Virus record (IMG/VR): IMGVR_UViG_3300029258_002750
Location: 62,001 to 126,000 of that record
Strand: one strand, 5' to 3'
Length of the DNA stretch: 64,000 nt
In this document: positions 39,560 through 49,829 of the stretch, in pieces
Layout of the letters: each line of letters begins with the position of its first letter
Position numbering within the stretch: the stretch's first letter is position 1
The notes under the pieces: generated by a model
What the model saw: only the letters and a program-made list of their open reading frames with translations
Database searches by the model: none
Told to the model about the DNA's origin: nothing
Program-made: the position numbers and the translations under genes

Positions 39560-39973
39560 CTAGGGTTGTCGGGGCTGCTCGGGGTCGCCTATTTCAGCGA
39601 GCAGCCCCGCCAGAGCCGCTTCGGAATCGGCCTCCTCGGCGGCGCCGGTATCTCCCCGAGATGCAAGCAAGCCCGACCAGTTTCCCGATCGGGCTGCTTC
39701 TAGGATCCGAACGGCCCTCGGATCGGGGCTCGGACCTCGCGTCGCCTTCACGAGCGCGACGACCCTGTCCATCGCCCAGGGATGCCGGGCCAGCTGGCCC
39801 TCGATCACGCGCCGTTCGTGGCTTGATACGGCACCGGCGGCATAGCGACAGAGTCCGTACACATCGACGCCCGACTCCAGGGCGAAGTCGGGCGCGGTTC
39901 GGGCCGCCGTGGCCTCGGTCAGCAGATCAGCAAACAACGTCTGGCCGGGGCGCTTGGAATTGACGGGGGGCAT
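39560..39973 (-). CDS. Possible anti-sigma-factor N-terminal-like protein
   Basis: LCRYAAGAVSSHERRVIEGQLARHPWAMDRV resembles degenerate zf-HC2 helices. Confidence 0.3.
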   Translation of the reverse strand: MPPVNSKRPGQTLFADLLTEATAARTAPDFALESGVDVYGLCRYAAGAVSSHERRVIEGQLARHPWAMDRVVALVKATRGPSPDPRAVRILEAARSGNWSGLLASRGDTGAAEEADSEAALAGLLAEIGDPEQPRQP

Positions 39974-41167
39974 GGGGTCCTCTTTGGTGGGGGTGGTACT
40001 CCTTAGACCTTCGAGGGTGTCTCCCCTGTCAGTTCGACTGCACGTAGAGCAGCCACAACTCGTTTGTCCAGCGGCGCATCTTGAGCACGGCCGGGTGTTG
40101 CGTCGCCGGGCACGCCCGGTACATGGCCCAGGTCTCGGCCGCGATCTCGGGCGTCACCGGCTCGTGCGTCGCCGGGACCAGCTCGTGCCAGATCCAGGCG
40201 AGGAGCATCACGTGCTCCTCCTTGACGCTCGGCAGATCCCAGACCACGACGCTCACCTCACCTCCTAGCACTCTTCTCGGTACCTCGGTGCTCCCCAGCC
40301 CGGCCCGCGTCTGATCGCGGTGAAGTACGGCCAGTCGGGCGCGAGTTCGGCGAGGATCTGCTTGTCGATCTCGCGTCGCAGGTCAGTGCTGGCGGCCTCG
40401 ATCAGATCGCACTCGACCGACATCTACTGCCTCGTGTAGTCGTCGTGGTGCCCGTACGGCGATCCGTCTTCGCCAGCGAACACCCTCTCTCCGGTTTCCC
40501 GATTGACCAGGTAGCGTGTGCCAGGGCCGCCCTGGACACCAGGCACGCCGGTGCCTGGAACACTGGCCTCGCTCCCCCTCGGCTTGGCTGTGGCGATCGG
40601 CAGCTCGCCTTTGAGGTGCCGCACTCGGCCGCAGCCCTCCTCGTCCTCGCAGTCCGGTGTCGGGCCGTGCAGGTCGGGCACGCTGCCGCAGGTTCCGCAC
40701 GGCGCGCCGCTCGCGACCATCTCACTGTCAGCTGGGAGGGGCGCGGCCGGTGCGGCCGGAGGGGGTACCATGCCCGCCTGCTGCGCCTGGTACATGGCCG
40801 GAGAGACCATTGGAGCTGCGGGCGGTCCCTCGACCTCCTTACGCCAGCGAACCGAGAACACGATCTCCGCGTCGTCGGGGATGTCCTCGACCTTCTCTCG
40901 AGCGATCTTCTTCAGGTCGGTCGGCCCGATGACGCTCTCTGCGTTGCCTACGACGGCGCAGAGCTTGATGTCGCGCGGGTCGATCTCGGTCTCCTCGGGC
41001 AGCACGTCCTTGAGAAGATCGGCCAGCTCATCGCGGTTGAAGGTGATCAAGTGCTCCTCGACCGTCACCACCTTGCGCTTGCTCTCGTGCTTCATGTTGG
41101 GCATGGCTCCTACTTCCTTCTTCTCCTTCTACCTCAGATGGCCGACACAAGAGGTAGAACATCTTTC

Positions 41168-41443
41168 GTGAGAGATCCCGAGCGGATTCCGAGGATGCTG
41201 CGGAAAGTGTATCTCATCTGGAAGCGGTCCCCAGACTTACGACTGCTCCAGATGCTCTCGTGGATCGCCGAGAAGCCGCTGCCAGAGCAGGGCAGTTTGC
41301 CCAGGCGGTCGATCGCCGCGCGGTTCGTGGATGATGACCGACTGGAGCAGCAGCTCGATCGCGCTCTCCAAGATCGCTGTGTGATCGATGCGCTCGGTGA
41401 CTCGCTGGGGTTCGAGGATGCGGTGCTCCGAGATGACGGCTAG
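41168..41443 (+). CDS. DUF1040/YihD-like phage protein with tag
   Basis: MRDPERIPRML...WKRSPDLRLLQ; VIDALGDSL; GGTAGAAC-N7-GTG start. Confidence 0.6.
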   Translation: MRDPERIPRMLRKVYLIWKRSPDLRLLQMLSWIAEKPLPEQGSLPRRSIAARFVDDDRLEQQLDRALQDRCVIDALGDSLGFEDAVLRDDG

Positions 41444-42428
41444 CGTGGTCTGAGCGTCAGTGCGACGTTGGGGATCTCTCGCGAGAACGTGTCCACCTTC
41501 GGCGCTCCGACATCCAGCTGGCCTGTCGATGGCGGCGGCGGGCTGCTCTCCGGCTTCTTCTTGAGCGTCTTCAGCGCACGTCGCTTCAGCTTCACGCCAC
41601 ACCTCGCGCCGGGATGAAGAAGTCCTCGTCGCAGGCGAGCGGGTTGAACCGCAGATCGAGTTTGCCTCCGCCCCGCCTCTGCTCCTGCTCCTTCTTCCAC
41701 TTCGCCCATTCCGGGTTCTCGGCGACCGGCATGTCGCAGAGTTTCTTCATGGCCGCGCCCGCGACCTCGCCCTGGCGCCGCGCCTCTTTGGTTGCTGCCT
41801 CCATCTCGTCCCACGCATCGACCCACGCCTTCAGCTCCGGGTCGGCCAGTGCGCCGAGCCGATCGTGGACGGTCGGTTCGCGGAGCGGGCTTGGCGTCCG
41901 TCGCGGCGGCGGTGCGCAGACCTGCTTCTTCTTGAGGTCGCGCTTCACGCGACGAAGGAAATCATCGACCTCGGACATCTTGTCGTAGCCGAGACCGCGC
42001 AGCCGCTTGATGATCCGCTCTCGAATGCTGCTCATAGGTACTTCCTCTTGATCTTCTCTGCCGCCCGGTCGCGCGCCGTCTTGCCTGTGATCTTTACCTC
42101 CTTGGGCTTGGGCGGGTCTACGACGGCCGCGAGTCGGTCGACGGCGTGTGCGTTGAGGAATTCGAGGATCTCGGTCGCGAGCTTCCTAAACGCTCTGCCG
42201 TAGGTCTTTCCGTAACCACGGATGCGGAGTACGTGAGCGAGCCACTCAAGGCAGTCCTTGTCGGCCGAGTGAAGGTTCAAGAAAGCGCCCTCGTCGTCGC
42301 CCTCGAAGCTCTCGGCGATGCGATGCCAGATCTGCTGCTCGGGTTCGGTGCGACGCGAATGCGGCTTGCCGATGGTGCGGCGGATCCACATCATCACCTT
42401 CGACTCGATGTAGATCTTCGAGCTGACT

Positions 42429-42737
42429 CTACGTCTTCGGCCAGGCTGGGCTGATTTCATCCGCCATATCGTCGCGCGGGTCGTTGTGCTTGTAGGTAAC
42501 ACCGCCGACTGGCGCCGGGAACGAATCGCAGCGCGGGCAGTACGCGGCGTGCCAGGGCTCGTGGTAGTTCGGGCACCGGCGGCGGAACCGCTCGTAGTCT
42601 CGAACCGGATCGACCACTTGGGGCGAGACATTTGACGAGTCGCCGATCACGTCATAGACGCCCATGCCCAGGGTATGGAGCCCACCGGCCATCGTGGCCT
42701 CGGCGAGTGTCTTGAGCGGCCTGCGTCGGAGGTTCAT
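42429..42737 (-). CDS. Small protein with N-terminal MNLRRRPLKTLAE motif
   Basis: GGGTAGAAT-N6-ATG start; C-x-x-C motif. Confidence 0.55.
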   Translation of the reverse strand: MNLRRRPLKTLAEATMAGGLHTLGMGVYDVIGDSSNVSPQVVDPVRDYERFRRRCPNYHEPWHAAYCPRCDSFPAPVGGVTYKHNDPRDDMADEISPAWPKT

Positions 42738-43451
42738 GTCGAGATTCTACCCAAGCGGTTCGTGAGATCATCGCCGGTTCCGGCGTCGGGAGAGTTTCGC
42801 TAGCCAGTTGCGTCGTCGGCGTCGATGCTTCTCGCGTGGCGAGAGCGGCTGACGCTGCGGCATGTTCCTGAAGATGTCACCGAGCCTTGTGACCGCGTCG
42901 TCCGGCTCGGGATCGACGGGCTCGATGCACGTGCTTGCGCTGCTTGTGCTGCTTGTGAGGATCGTACCGCTGGCGGCGGTCCACTCGAGATCCTCTGCCT
43001 CGTGGTAGGTAATCACGCCACTCGGCATCGCCTCTGGGTTTTCGATGTAGAGCATCGCCTCCGCTGCCTTCTACCTCCAGGTCTAGCACTACCGTGCTGG
43101 CAGTGCTCGCGCTCTCCACCATCGTCCACGTGATCAGGCCGTTCGGGCAGTTCGTGTGGTGCCGCTGGCAGCGATCGGGGCCGTGGTCCATGCAGCCTTC
43201 GCAGCGGTGCAGGTCGGCGAGCGCATCGACGGCCGAGTAGGGCTTCACCGCGCGGGGAGTGCGGTAGACGAGGCGGCCCGTGGCCAGCTTGACGCCGTAT
43301 CCCCATTCGTCGTCTTTATCGGTGACGACTTCGCCTCGGATCCACACGACGCGCTCTAGGGCTTCTGTCTCGGAGATGCCGAGCGCCCAGGCGGTGTGCA
43401 TGACCGCTTCTAGGGACTCGCGGGTGACGAGGACGCGGTCGCCGCGCTTGA

Positions 43452-43742
43452 TCACGGAGAGCCGATGACCTCGATCTCGTCCGGCGGGATCACGAGGTTG
43501 AGCGCGCGCGGCCCATCCCAGCTGACGGTGACGTGGTGCGTGTCGTCGTGCGGCCACTTGATGCACTGGAGTACGGTGCCCTCGGCGCCGGGCTCCATCG
43601 GGCACGGGTCCTCGCCCATCTTGACCAGGCGGATGCGGGTTCCGACGGGCAGGTTCACGCGGCCTCCTCGTGCTTCATTTACCTTGTAGACCGCCTGCCG
43701 GATCACGGGAGTCCCAGCTTCTTGTTCCGGCAGCTGTCGCAC
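43452..43742 (-). CDS. DUF4314 family protein
   Basis: GTRIRLVKMGEDPCP..PGAEGTV....HVTVSWDG..ALNLVIPPDEIEV. Confidence 0.7.
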   Translation of the reverse strand: MRQLPEQEAGTPVIRQAVYKVNEARGGRVNLPVGTRIRLVKMGEDPCPMEPGAEGTVLQCIKWPHDDTHHVTVSWDGPRALNLVIPPDEIEVIGSP

Positions 43743-45530
43743 CGGGCCTCGTTACCACACCAGTGCACCAGCCCCTCGATCGGTTGCTCGCAGTCGGCGC
43801 AGACCGGCCTCTCGTCTTCCATCTCGTTCAGCACGTCCTTCAGGTCGCGGCGGCCGAGCACGTCGCCCAGCCGGGAGACCGAGTCGAGCGGCTCGACGGC
43901 TTGCGGCGGCGCCCATGCGAACTCCAACCCGTCATCGAGGATAAGCCGGAGCGTCGTGGTCCCGTCGGGGTTCGTGATGACTCGATCGACCGTCGCCTTC
44001 TTGCGAACGCCCTGGCCCTCTTGGATCGCCTTGTCGAACGACGAGAGCAGGTGGTCCTTCGGCAGGTCGTGCGAGCCGTGTGTGCCGCCGGGTCCGTAGG
44101 AGCAACCGGGCTGGGGGACGAAGTCGACTCGATCGCCGGGTTGCCAAGATGGTCCGATGATGGGGATGTCCATGACGTCTCCTAGTCCTGTTCTACCTCG
44201 ACGACCGGACACAGGGCGCCGAGAGCATCGACGGGGTTCGGGTTCGGCCAGATCTCGATCCACCGGGTCCTGGCGACCGGCTTCCCCGGGATGACCTGCT
44301 GTACCAGGATCGACGCGCGCCAGCCTCGCCGGATGAACTCAGCTGGCACCTTGGCTTTGAGCGCGGCCCGCGCCTTCTTCTCCGACCGGAAGGTGTGCTT
44401 GAACATGGGCCTGGTGGCGACCGTCCACATGCCCTTGCGCAGATGGAAGCCGAACTGGCGCCTGTGCATTCCGTAGCGGAACTGGACGACGTCGAGCACC
44501 TCGTGACGCTTCTTCCCGCGCCGATCGATCTCGGTCTTGTCCAGGCGCACGATGTAGGAGCGGCCGTCGTCCATCAGGGCAGCTTCGCCTTCCTTGCCAG
44601 GGCGATGATCGAGGAGAGGTTGAACCACTCCTCCTCGCCGGTGTTGTCGTTGCGGAGCAGGAAGCACCTCTCCCCGGAGTCGGGACCCTCGCCGTGGGCG
44701 TTGTCGAGCTTGGTGCCGCGCACCTTGACCACGCGCACGCCCTGGCAGTCGGGCTCGTGCATCTCGTCGTTGCACTCACTGGTTAGGGCGCACAGCCGGG
44801 CGTGCATGTCGCTCCAGCGCTGGCGCCGGTCCTCCTCGCGCCTCTGCATCTCGGCCGCGAACTCGGCGTTCGCGCGGACCCGCTCGTCGATCAGGGCGTT
44901 GATGGCCTTTCCCCGGCTGGGGAACACGCCCAGCTCGGTCTTCCGCTCGCAGTCCCAGGCGGTCGCCTCGTAGGCGCGGCTGGAGACGTCGCGGCGCTTG
45001 CTCACGCCGCCCAGGTAGTTCTGACCGTCGGGCCGGGTGACCCCCTGGTCGCGGGCCGTCTTGGTGTTGGCCGCCCAGACGCGCAGGCCCCACCACTTGC
45101 GCTCGGTCTCGGTCAGTGCTCGGATCTCGTCGGCCGTTCGACTCTGGGTCACTGTGCTCACTCTGCGCTCGCTTTCTAGCTTCCGACGAACACCGCGCCC
45201 TCGCGCGGCTTGAAGTAGACGATGTTGGTCCGGTTGTTCCGCTCGACGAACACGTGGTCGCCGGGGCTGACGCCCACGCTCCAGTCGCTCCACTCTCCCT
45301 CGGGATCCTGCGCGATCAGCGACAGCAGCTTGAGCATGTGCTTGACCTTGCGGCGGGCCTTGCTCAGGCCGGACTCGGTGGACGTGTCGAGCTTGGTGTG
45401 CGTTCCGAGGCACCCGCAGCAGCACCCGACCCGGCCGTTGTAGACCTGGGTCACGGTCCGCAGGTCCAGGGTCTTCAGGAAAGCCTCGACTCCCTTGGTG
45501 CTTTCGATCGCGTAGCTCATTGCGTTCTCC

Positions 45531-45568
45531 TTTCCGTCTCTCCCCACAACCACGGTTCGCGTTCTCAC
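45531..45568 (-). promoter_or_regulatory. Conserved leader element, copy 2 of 3
   Basis: gtgagaac-gcgaaccgt-ggttgtggggagagacggaaagga upstream of ATG 45520. Confidence 0.55.
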
Positions 45569-45836
45569 AGGGGTTCTTGATGGAATCGTGCAACCCACTC
45601 GGTCGGCTGTCGTTATGACGGCCTTTTCCCTCGTGGATGCGCATCTCCGGCGGCGGCACGCCCAGGCGCACACACGGCCGCGCTACGGGCCTCGGCCGCT
45701 CGGACGGCTCAGAGGTCGAGGAGAGGGGCGATCGTCGCGTCACAGGCCGCCCCGACGCTCTGGGGCGCCAAGGACGGTGCTGCCTGGCTAGGCTCTACTT
45801 GGTAGACTCGTCTGAGGTTACGCCAGGAGGCGTCGC

Positions 45837-46631
45837 GTGAGTCTGTACGACCGGCTGATGGAACAGCCCGAGCACGGCGGGGGAGGCGGCGGTGCTCAGG
45901 GTCGGTTCCGGCCAGCGCCGGGCGGCGCGCTCCAGATCACCGACCGCTCCCGGCAGGGTGTGCGGAACAAGATGAAGGGCGGCAAGTTCGTCGGCCGCAA
46001 CAAGCGCTACCCGGTCTCCAAGAAGCGCGGCAAGGCGGCGGCCCTCGGCTCGCTCTCCCAGGCGATGCAGCGTGGGGCCGGGGTCAAGAAGGTCGCGAGC
46101 GCGGTCCGCAAGGCGTTCCCGGAGGTGTGCCCGACTGTCCTGTCCGGTTGTCCGGGGAGACGGAACCACGGAGCTGGCGGTGCGCCCGTGTCCGGCCGCG
46201 AGGGGCCGAGTGAGCACGGCGCGAAGTCGAACTGGCCCTTCTACCACTCGCGGAAGAAGCCGAAGTGGGACGTGGACTGGACAGCCCTCGGCCACGAGAA
46301 GAAGTCGTCCGGGCTGAAGCGTCAGCGCAGTCACCCGAAGCGGATGGCGTTCAAGAAGACGAAGGGCTACTCGAAGGCGCAGCACCACGACCTCAAGAAG
46401 CAGGCGAAGGCGGCGGCAGAGAAGGAAGCCCAGCTGAAGAAGGCCGCGAAGGCGGCGAAGAAGGGCAAGGCCGGGAAGGCCGCGAAAGCTGCCGCAAAGG
46501 CCGAGAAGGCGCACAAGAAGCTCCGGCGCGCGCTCAAGCGCTACGAGCGACGGAAGAAGGGCGCCGAGCGTCCTTACCGTACCAAGGCGCAGGCCGCGCA
46601 CGGCAAGGGCACGAGCCACCAGACGATCTAG
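45837..46631 (+). CDS. Very basic Lys/Ala-rich (histone H1-like) protein with MSLYDRLME N-terminus
   Basis: AGGAGG RBS; KKAAKAAKK repeats; GGTAGACT upstream. Confidence 0.65.
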   Translation: MSLYDRLMEQPEHGGGGGGAQGRFRPAPGGALQITDRSRQGVRNKMKGGKFVGRNKRYPVSKKRGKAAALGSLSQAMQRGAGVKKVASAVRKAFPEVCPTVLSGCPGRRNHGAGGAPVSGREGPSEHGAKSNWPFYHSRKKPKWDVDWTALGHEKKSSGLKRQRSHPKRMAFKKTKGYSKAQHHDLKKQAKAAAEKEAQLKKAAKAAKKGKAGKAAKAAAKAEKAHKKLRRALKRYERRKKGAERPYRTKAQAAHGKGTSHQTI

Positions 46632-46640
46632 GAGCGTCGC

Positions 46641-47564
46641 GTGAGCCTCTACGAGCGGGTGGTCCTGCTGACCGAAGATGCGATGCCGGAGAATGCGGTC
46701 GACATCTTCCGCTCGCGCGTCCCGGGTTCGCTGAAGAAGCACTACGGCATTGAGATCCGGCCGATCGACCCGAACAAGGTTGCGCTGTCGAAGGACCGTA
46801 CGCTGGCGACGCTCTTCCTGAAGGGGAAGGACGGCCGCCCGTACTCGCTGTCGGTTCGCAGCAAGGGCTCCCACTGGACGGTCACGCTCAAGAGCAAGGG
46901 CCAGACGCTTCTCCAGGGCGATGGACCGAAGGCATTCACCGCGCTCTGGTCGATGAAGGAACCGAAGAAGGCGCACGCGCTCAAGCAGCTCACCGCGCCG
47001 CAGCCCAAGCTCAAGCAGGATGACGATGAGCCGGTCGTCGGGATCTACAAGGGCAAGAAGTACCGGGTGACCGGCTTCAAGCACGGCGGCAATGTCGTCG
47101 AGTTGGCGTGGTTCAGCGACCCGACCAAGAGCTTCAAGGTGGCCACGAAGAAGGTCAAGATCGCCGACCTCCACGGTCCGGCCGTACAGAAGCTCATGCC
47201 CAAGCCGCCGCCCGGTCAGGTCGGTTACTACCGCTTCTCCACGACGCTCGTGAAGGGCTCACCGCTCAAGGACCGGGCCGTGGACGTCGTCAAGGCCGAA
47301 GGTCCCGAGGGCAAGAACATCGGTGGTGCGAAGCGGACGCAGCGTACCGGCGGCTGGCGCGACCGGATCCTCCAGAAGTTCACCCAGCTCTCTGGGGTCA
47401 AGACCCAGCTGTTCGGCGACAAAAAGGACAAGCTCCAGCGATGGCCGACGATGGCCGACTGGGAAGCGATCAAGCAGAAGATCGAGGCCGCGACGGGCGT
47501 GAAGAAGGCGTACTTCATGGTCCCGAAGAAGTGGCACCAGACGGCGCTGATCGTCGAGGTCTAG
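46641..47564 (+). CDS. Basic protein with MSLYERVVLLTE N-terminus
   Basis: First 21 nt identical to the 17474 ORF start; GGAG RBS. Confidence 0.65.
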   Translation: MSLYERVVLLTEDAMPENAVDIFRSRVPGSLKKHYGIEIRPIDPNKVALSKDRTLATLFLKGKDGRPYSLSVRSKGSHWTVTLKSKGQTLLQGDGPKAFTALWSMKEPKKAHALKQLTAPQPKLKQDDDEPVVGIYKGKKYRVTGFKHGGNVVELAWFSDPTKSFKVATKKVKIADLHGPAVQKLMPKPPPGQVGYYRFSTTLVKGSPLKDRAVDVVKAEGPEGKNIGGAKRTQRTGGWRDRILQKFTQLSGVKTQLFGDKKDKLQRWPTMADWEAIKQKIEAATGVKKAYFMVPKKWHQTALIVEV

Positions 47565-48788
47565 TCGTCCTTCTTCTCGATCACCTCGGCCAGCTGGTCG
47601 ACCGCTGGCATCGGCTCGATCGCGTCGAGCGGGACCCAGGCTGTTTTGTTCGTGCCGATCGCGATCGACGCGTCGCTCTGCCGCTCGTCGAAATCGACCT
47701 TCACCGGCTGCTTCGACGTCAGGTCGAGGCCGACTACCGTGCCGGTCGCGGTGATTCCGGGGCCGGGCGGGAGACTGTCTCCGTACACTGCGCGCATCAG
47801 CTGGGAAGCGGACGGGTTCCACCTGCGCCTTCGCTTGTAAAGGACCCGGTCGCCGATCTCGAACGGCAGCGACTCGTGCTCGAGCCTCACGGGTCGAGCA
47901 GCCTTCGGAACGGGTCTTCCGGTGGGGTCGGCTCATCCGTGTTGGCGATGTTGCCCAGGGCGTCGATCGCGGACGGCTCGATCTCGTCGGCCTCGACGAT
48001 CCACGTGTCCTCACTGCCAGGGAACTGGATGGCGAATCCGACGATGACGCCCAGACGATCGCGCGGCGGCGGCGAGTCCTCCTCGTGCTTGTCGCGGACG
48101 ATCACTACCCGGTCGCCGACGCGGTACCTCATCGCGGGTCCTTCTCCTTCCGCGTGTCGATGATCGTGAGCGACTCCAGCCGGTCCACGCGGCGGATGAG
48201 CCGGTAGATCAGCCAGCCCTGGAGGATGACGGCGAGCGTGAGTGCGGCGGTTGAGGCGGTCACGGGTACTCCACATAGACCGTGCTGGTGCCGTGGGGGT
48301 CTTGGCCGTGGCTGCACTCCTTCACGTCTGGCGCGACGCCTCGGCCACAGACCGGGCACTCCCACCCACGCTTTGGCGGCGGTGGGCAGTTGCATGGATG
48401 ACAGACCGAGTGGTCGGAGCAGAATCCCAGGTGTCCGCTGCACCGTGGGCAGTGTCCCGCAGAGCCCATGCCTACTCTCCCTCGTCAGCGCTGACCCCCG
48501 ACGAGAGCGCGCCGAGCAGCTCGACGCCGGAGATCACGGAGATGTCCACGTCATCGGTGTGGACGATCACTTGCACTTCTTCGAGTCCCATCCGATCGAG
48601 CGCTTCTCGAAAGGTTCGCTTCACTATTTCGAGGTACTTGTTCACGGCGATGCGGTCGAGCGACTCCGGCACCCGGTAACGGATGAGCACTAGGTCCCCC
48701 GGCCGCAGGACCATTCGCCGGATGTCGCTGATCTCGAGCGGCGGCGGCTCGCGCGGCGGCAGATGCGGTATGGGATCTCCCAGGCCCA

Positions 48789-49139
48789 TCACTCCTCCAG
48801 CCCAGCTGCCTCGCGCGCTTCGCGGCAGCTCATGCCTCCGGCCTTGAACTGTCGACACGCTCGCGGCCGGTCTTCGTATATCGAGCACGAGCACTGTTTG
48901 CCGACGGAGCCGCGAAACGCGATGCACACGATGTGGCCCTGCTTGTTCTCCTTCGTGCGTAGCGCGGGGAACGACATCCCGTAGTCGCCGCGCTCGTAGT
49001 GGACCCAGTGTGCCTGCTTCCACTCGGAGAGCCGATCGACCTCGTTCGGGTGCATGGCGACGTAGCTCGGCTCGTCCCAGTTCGAGATGCAGCAGGCCCC
49101 ACATCGACGGCAGTCAAGGTCAGCGCGCGCCACTGGCAC
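48789..49139 (-). CDS. YkgJ-family Cys-cluster (CxxCxxCC) protein
   Basis: DCRRCGACC...CIAF...CSIYEDRPRACRQF. Confidence 0.85.
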   Translation of the reverse strand: MPVARADLDCRRCGACCISNWDEPSYVAMHPNEVDRLSEWKQAHWVHYERGDYGMSFPALRTKENKQGHIVCIAFRGSVGKQCSCSIYEDRPRACRQFKAGGMSCREAREAAGLEE

Positions 49140-49448
49140 TGGTCCCCCCGTACCGCCGACCGGGCGGCGGCCTCACGATGGCAGCCAGCTGATCGATCAC
49201 CCCCGGCTTCCGAATCAGGTGAGGCTTCTTCGAGATCAGCTCCAGGTCGCCATCGTACTGGACGATCACGGCAAGGACGTCGCCTTTCTTGCCTGTGTCG
49301 TCTCGGATCCGACCGCCGCGCGAGCACGGACTCTCGACGTCTCTGGTCCGCCGGATCACGTGTGTGATCGTGGCAACTCTCCAAGGGGCGCCACGCTTGT
49401 CCTCGGTCTTCGCCTCGCACCGCGCGTGAGGTTTCATCCACTTGAGCT

Positions 49449-49829
49449 TCATCGAGCCAGCTTGCTGGTGGCCGGTTGGACTACGATCGAGCCACGCTTG
49501 GTTTTACCCAGCTTCACCAGCCCGGCCTCTGCCATGACCTCGACGTACACCGTGGTGACGGCGATGGTGGTGTTGAACATCCGCTCCCGGTTGATCCGCT
49601 GGACGGTGCGCGGGCCGACCTCGTCCAGGTAGCTCAACAGATCATCGACGACAGTCCCATCCAGGCGCACGCCCTTTGCGCCGACCTTCTTGACCCGCTT
49701 GATCTCGTTCTCGCGGGCGGCCAGCTCGGCAACGATTCCCGCGACGTAGGAGTGATGCTCCACGTGCTCCGGGCAGTACGGCTTGTTCTCCCGGGTCGTC
49801 TCCTCGCAGCCCGGAAACTCGCAGATCAT
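49449..49829 (-). CDS. Zn-finger plus winged-helix protein
   Basis: CEFPGC...YCPEH; wHTH-like C-terminus ending EAGLVKL; GGGTAAAAC-N6-ATG start. Confidence 0.5.
   Translation of the reverse strand: MICEFPGCEETTRENKPYCPEHVEHHSYVAGIVAELAARENEIKRVKKVGAKGVRLDGTVVDDLLSYLDEVGPRTVQRINRERMFNTTIAVTTVYVEVMAEAGLVKLGKTKRGSIVVQPATSKLAR

Noticed and set aside
42768-43455. 180-nt same-strand overlap between ORFs 42877-43455 and 42768-43055 as programmed frameshift
   Set aside because: No slippery site seen; the second ORF has its own SD and promoter; likely a run-on tail
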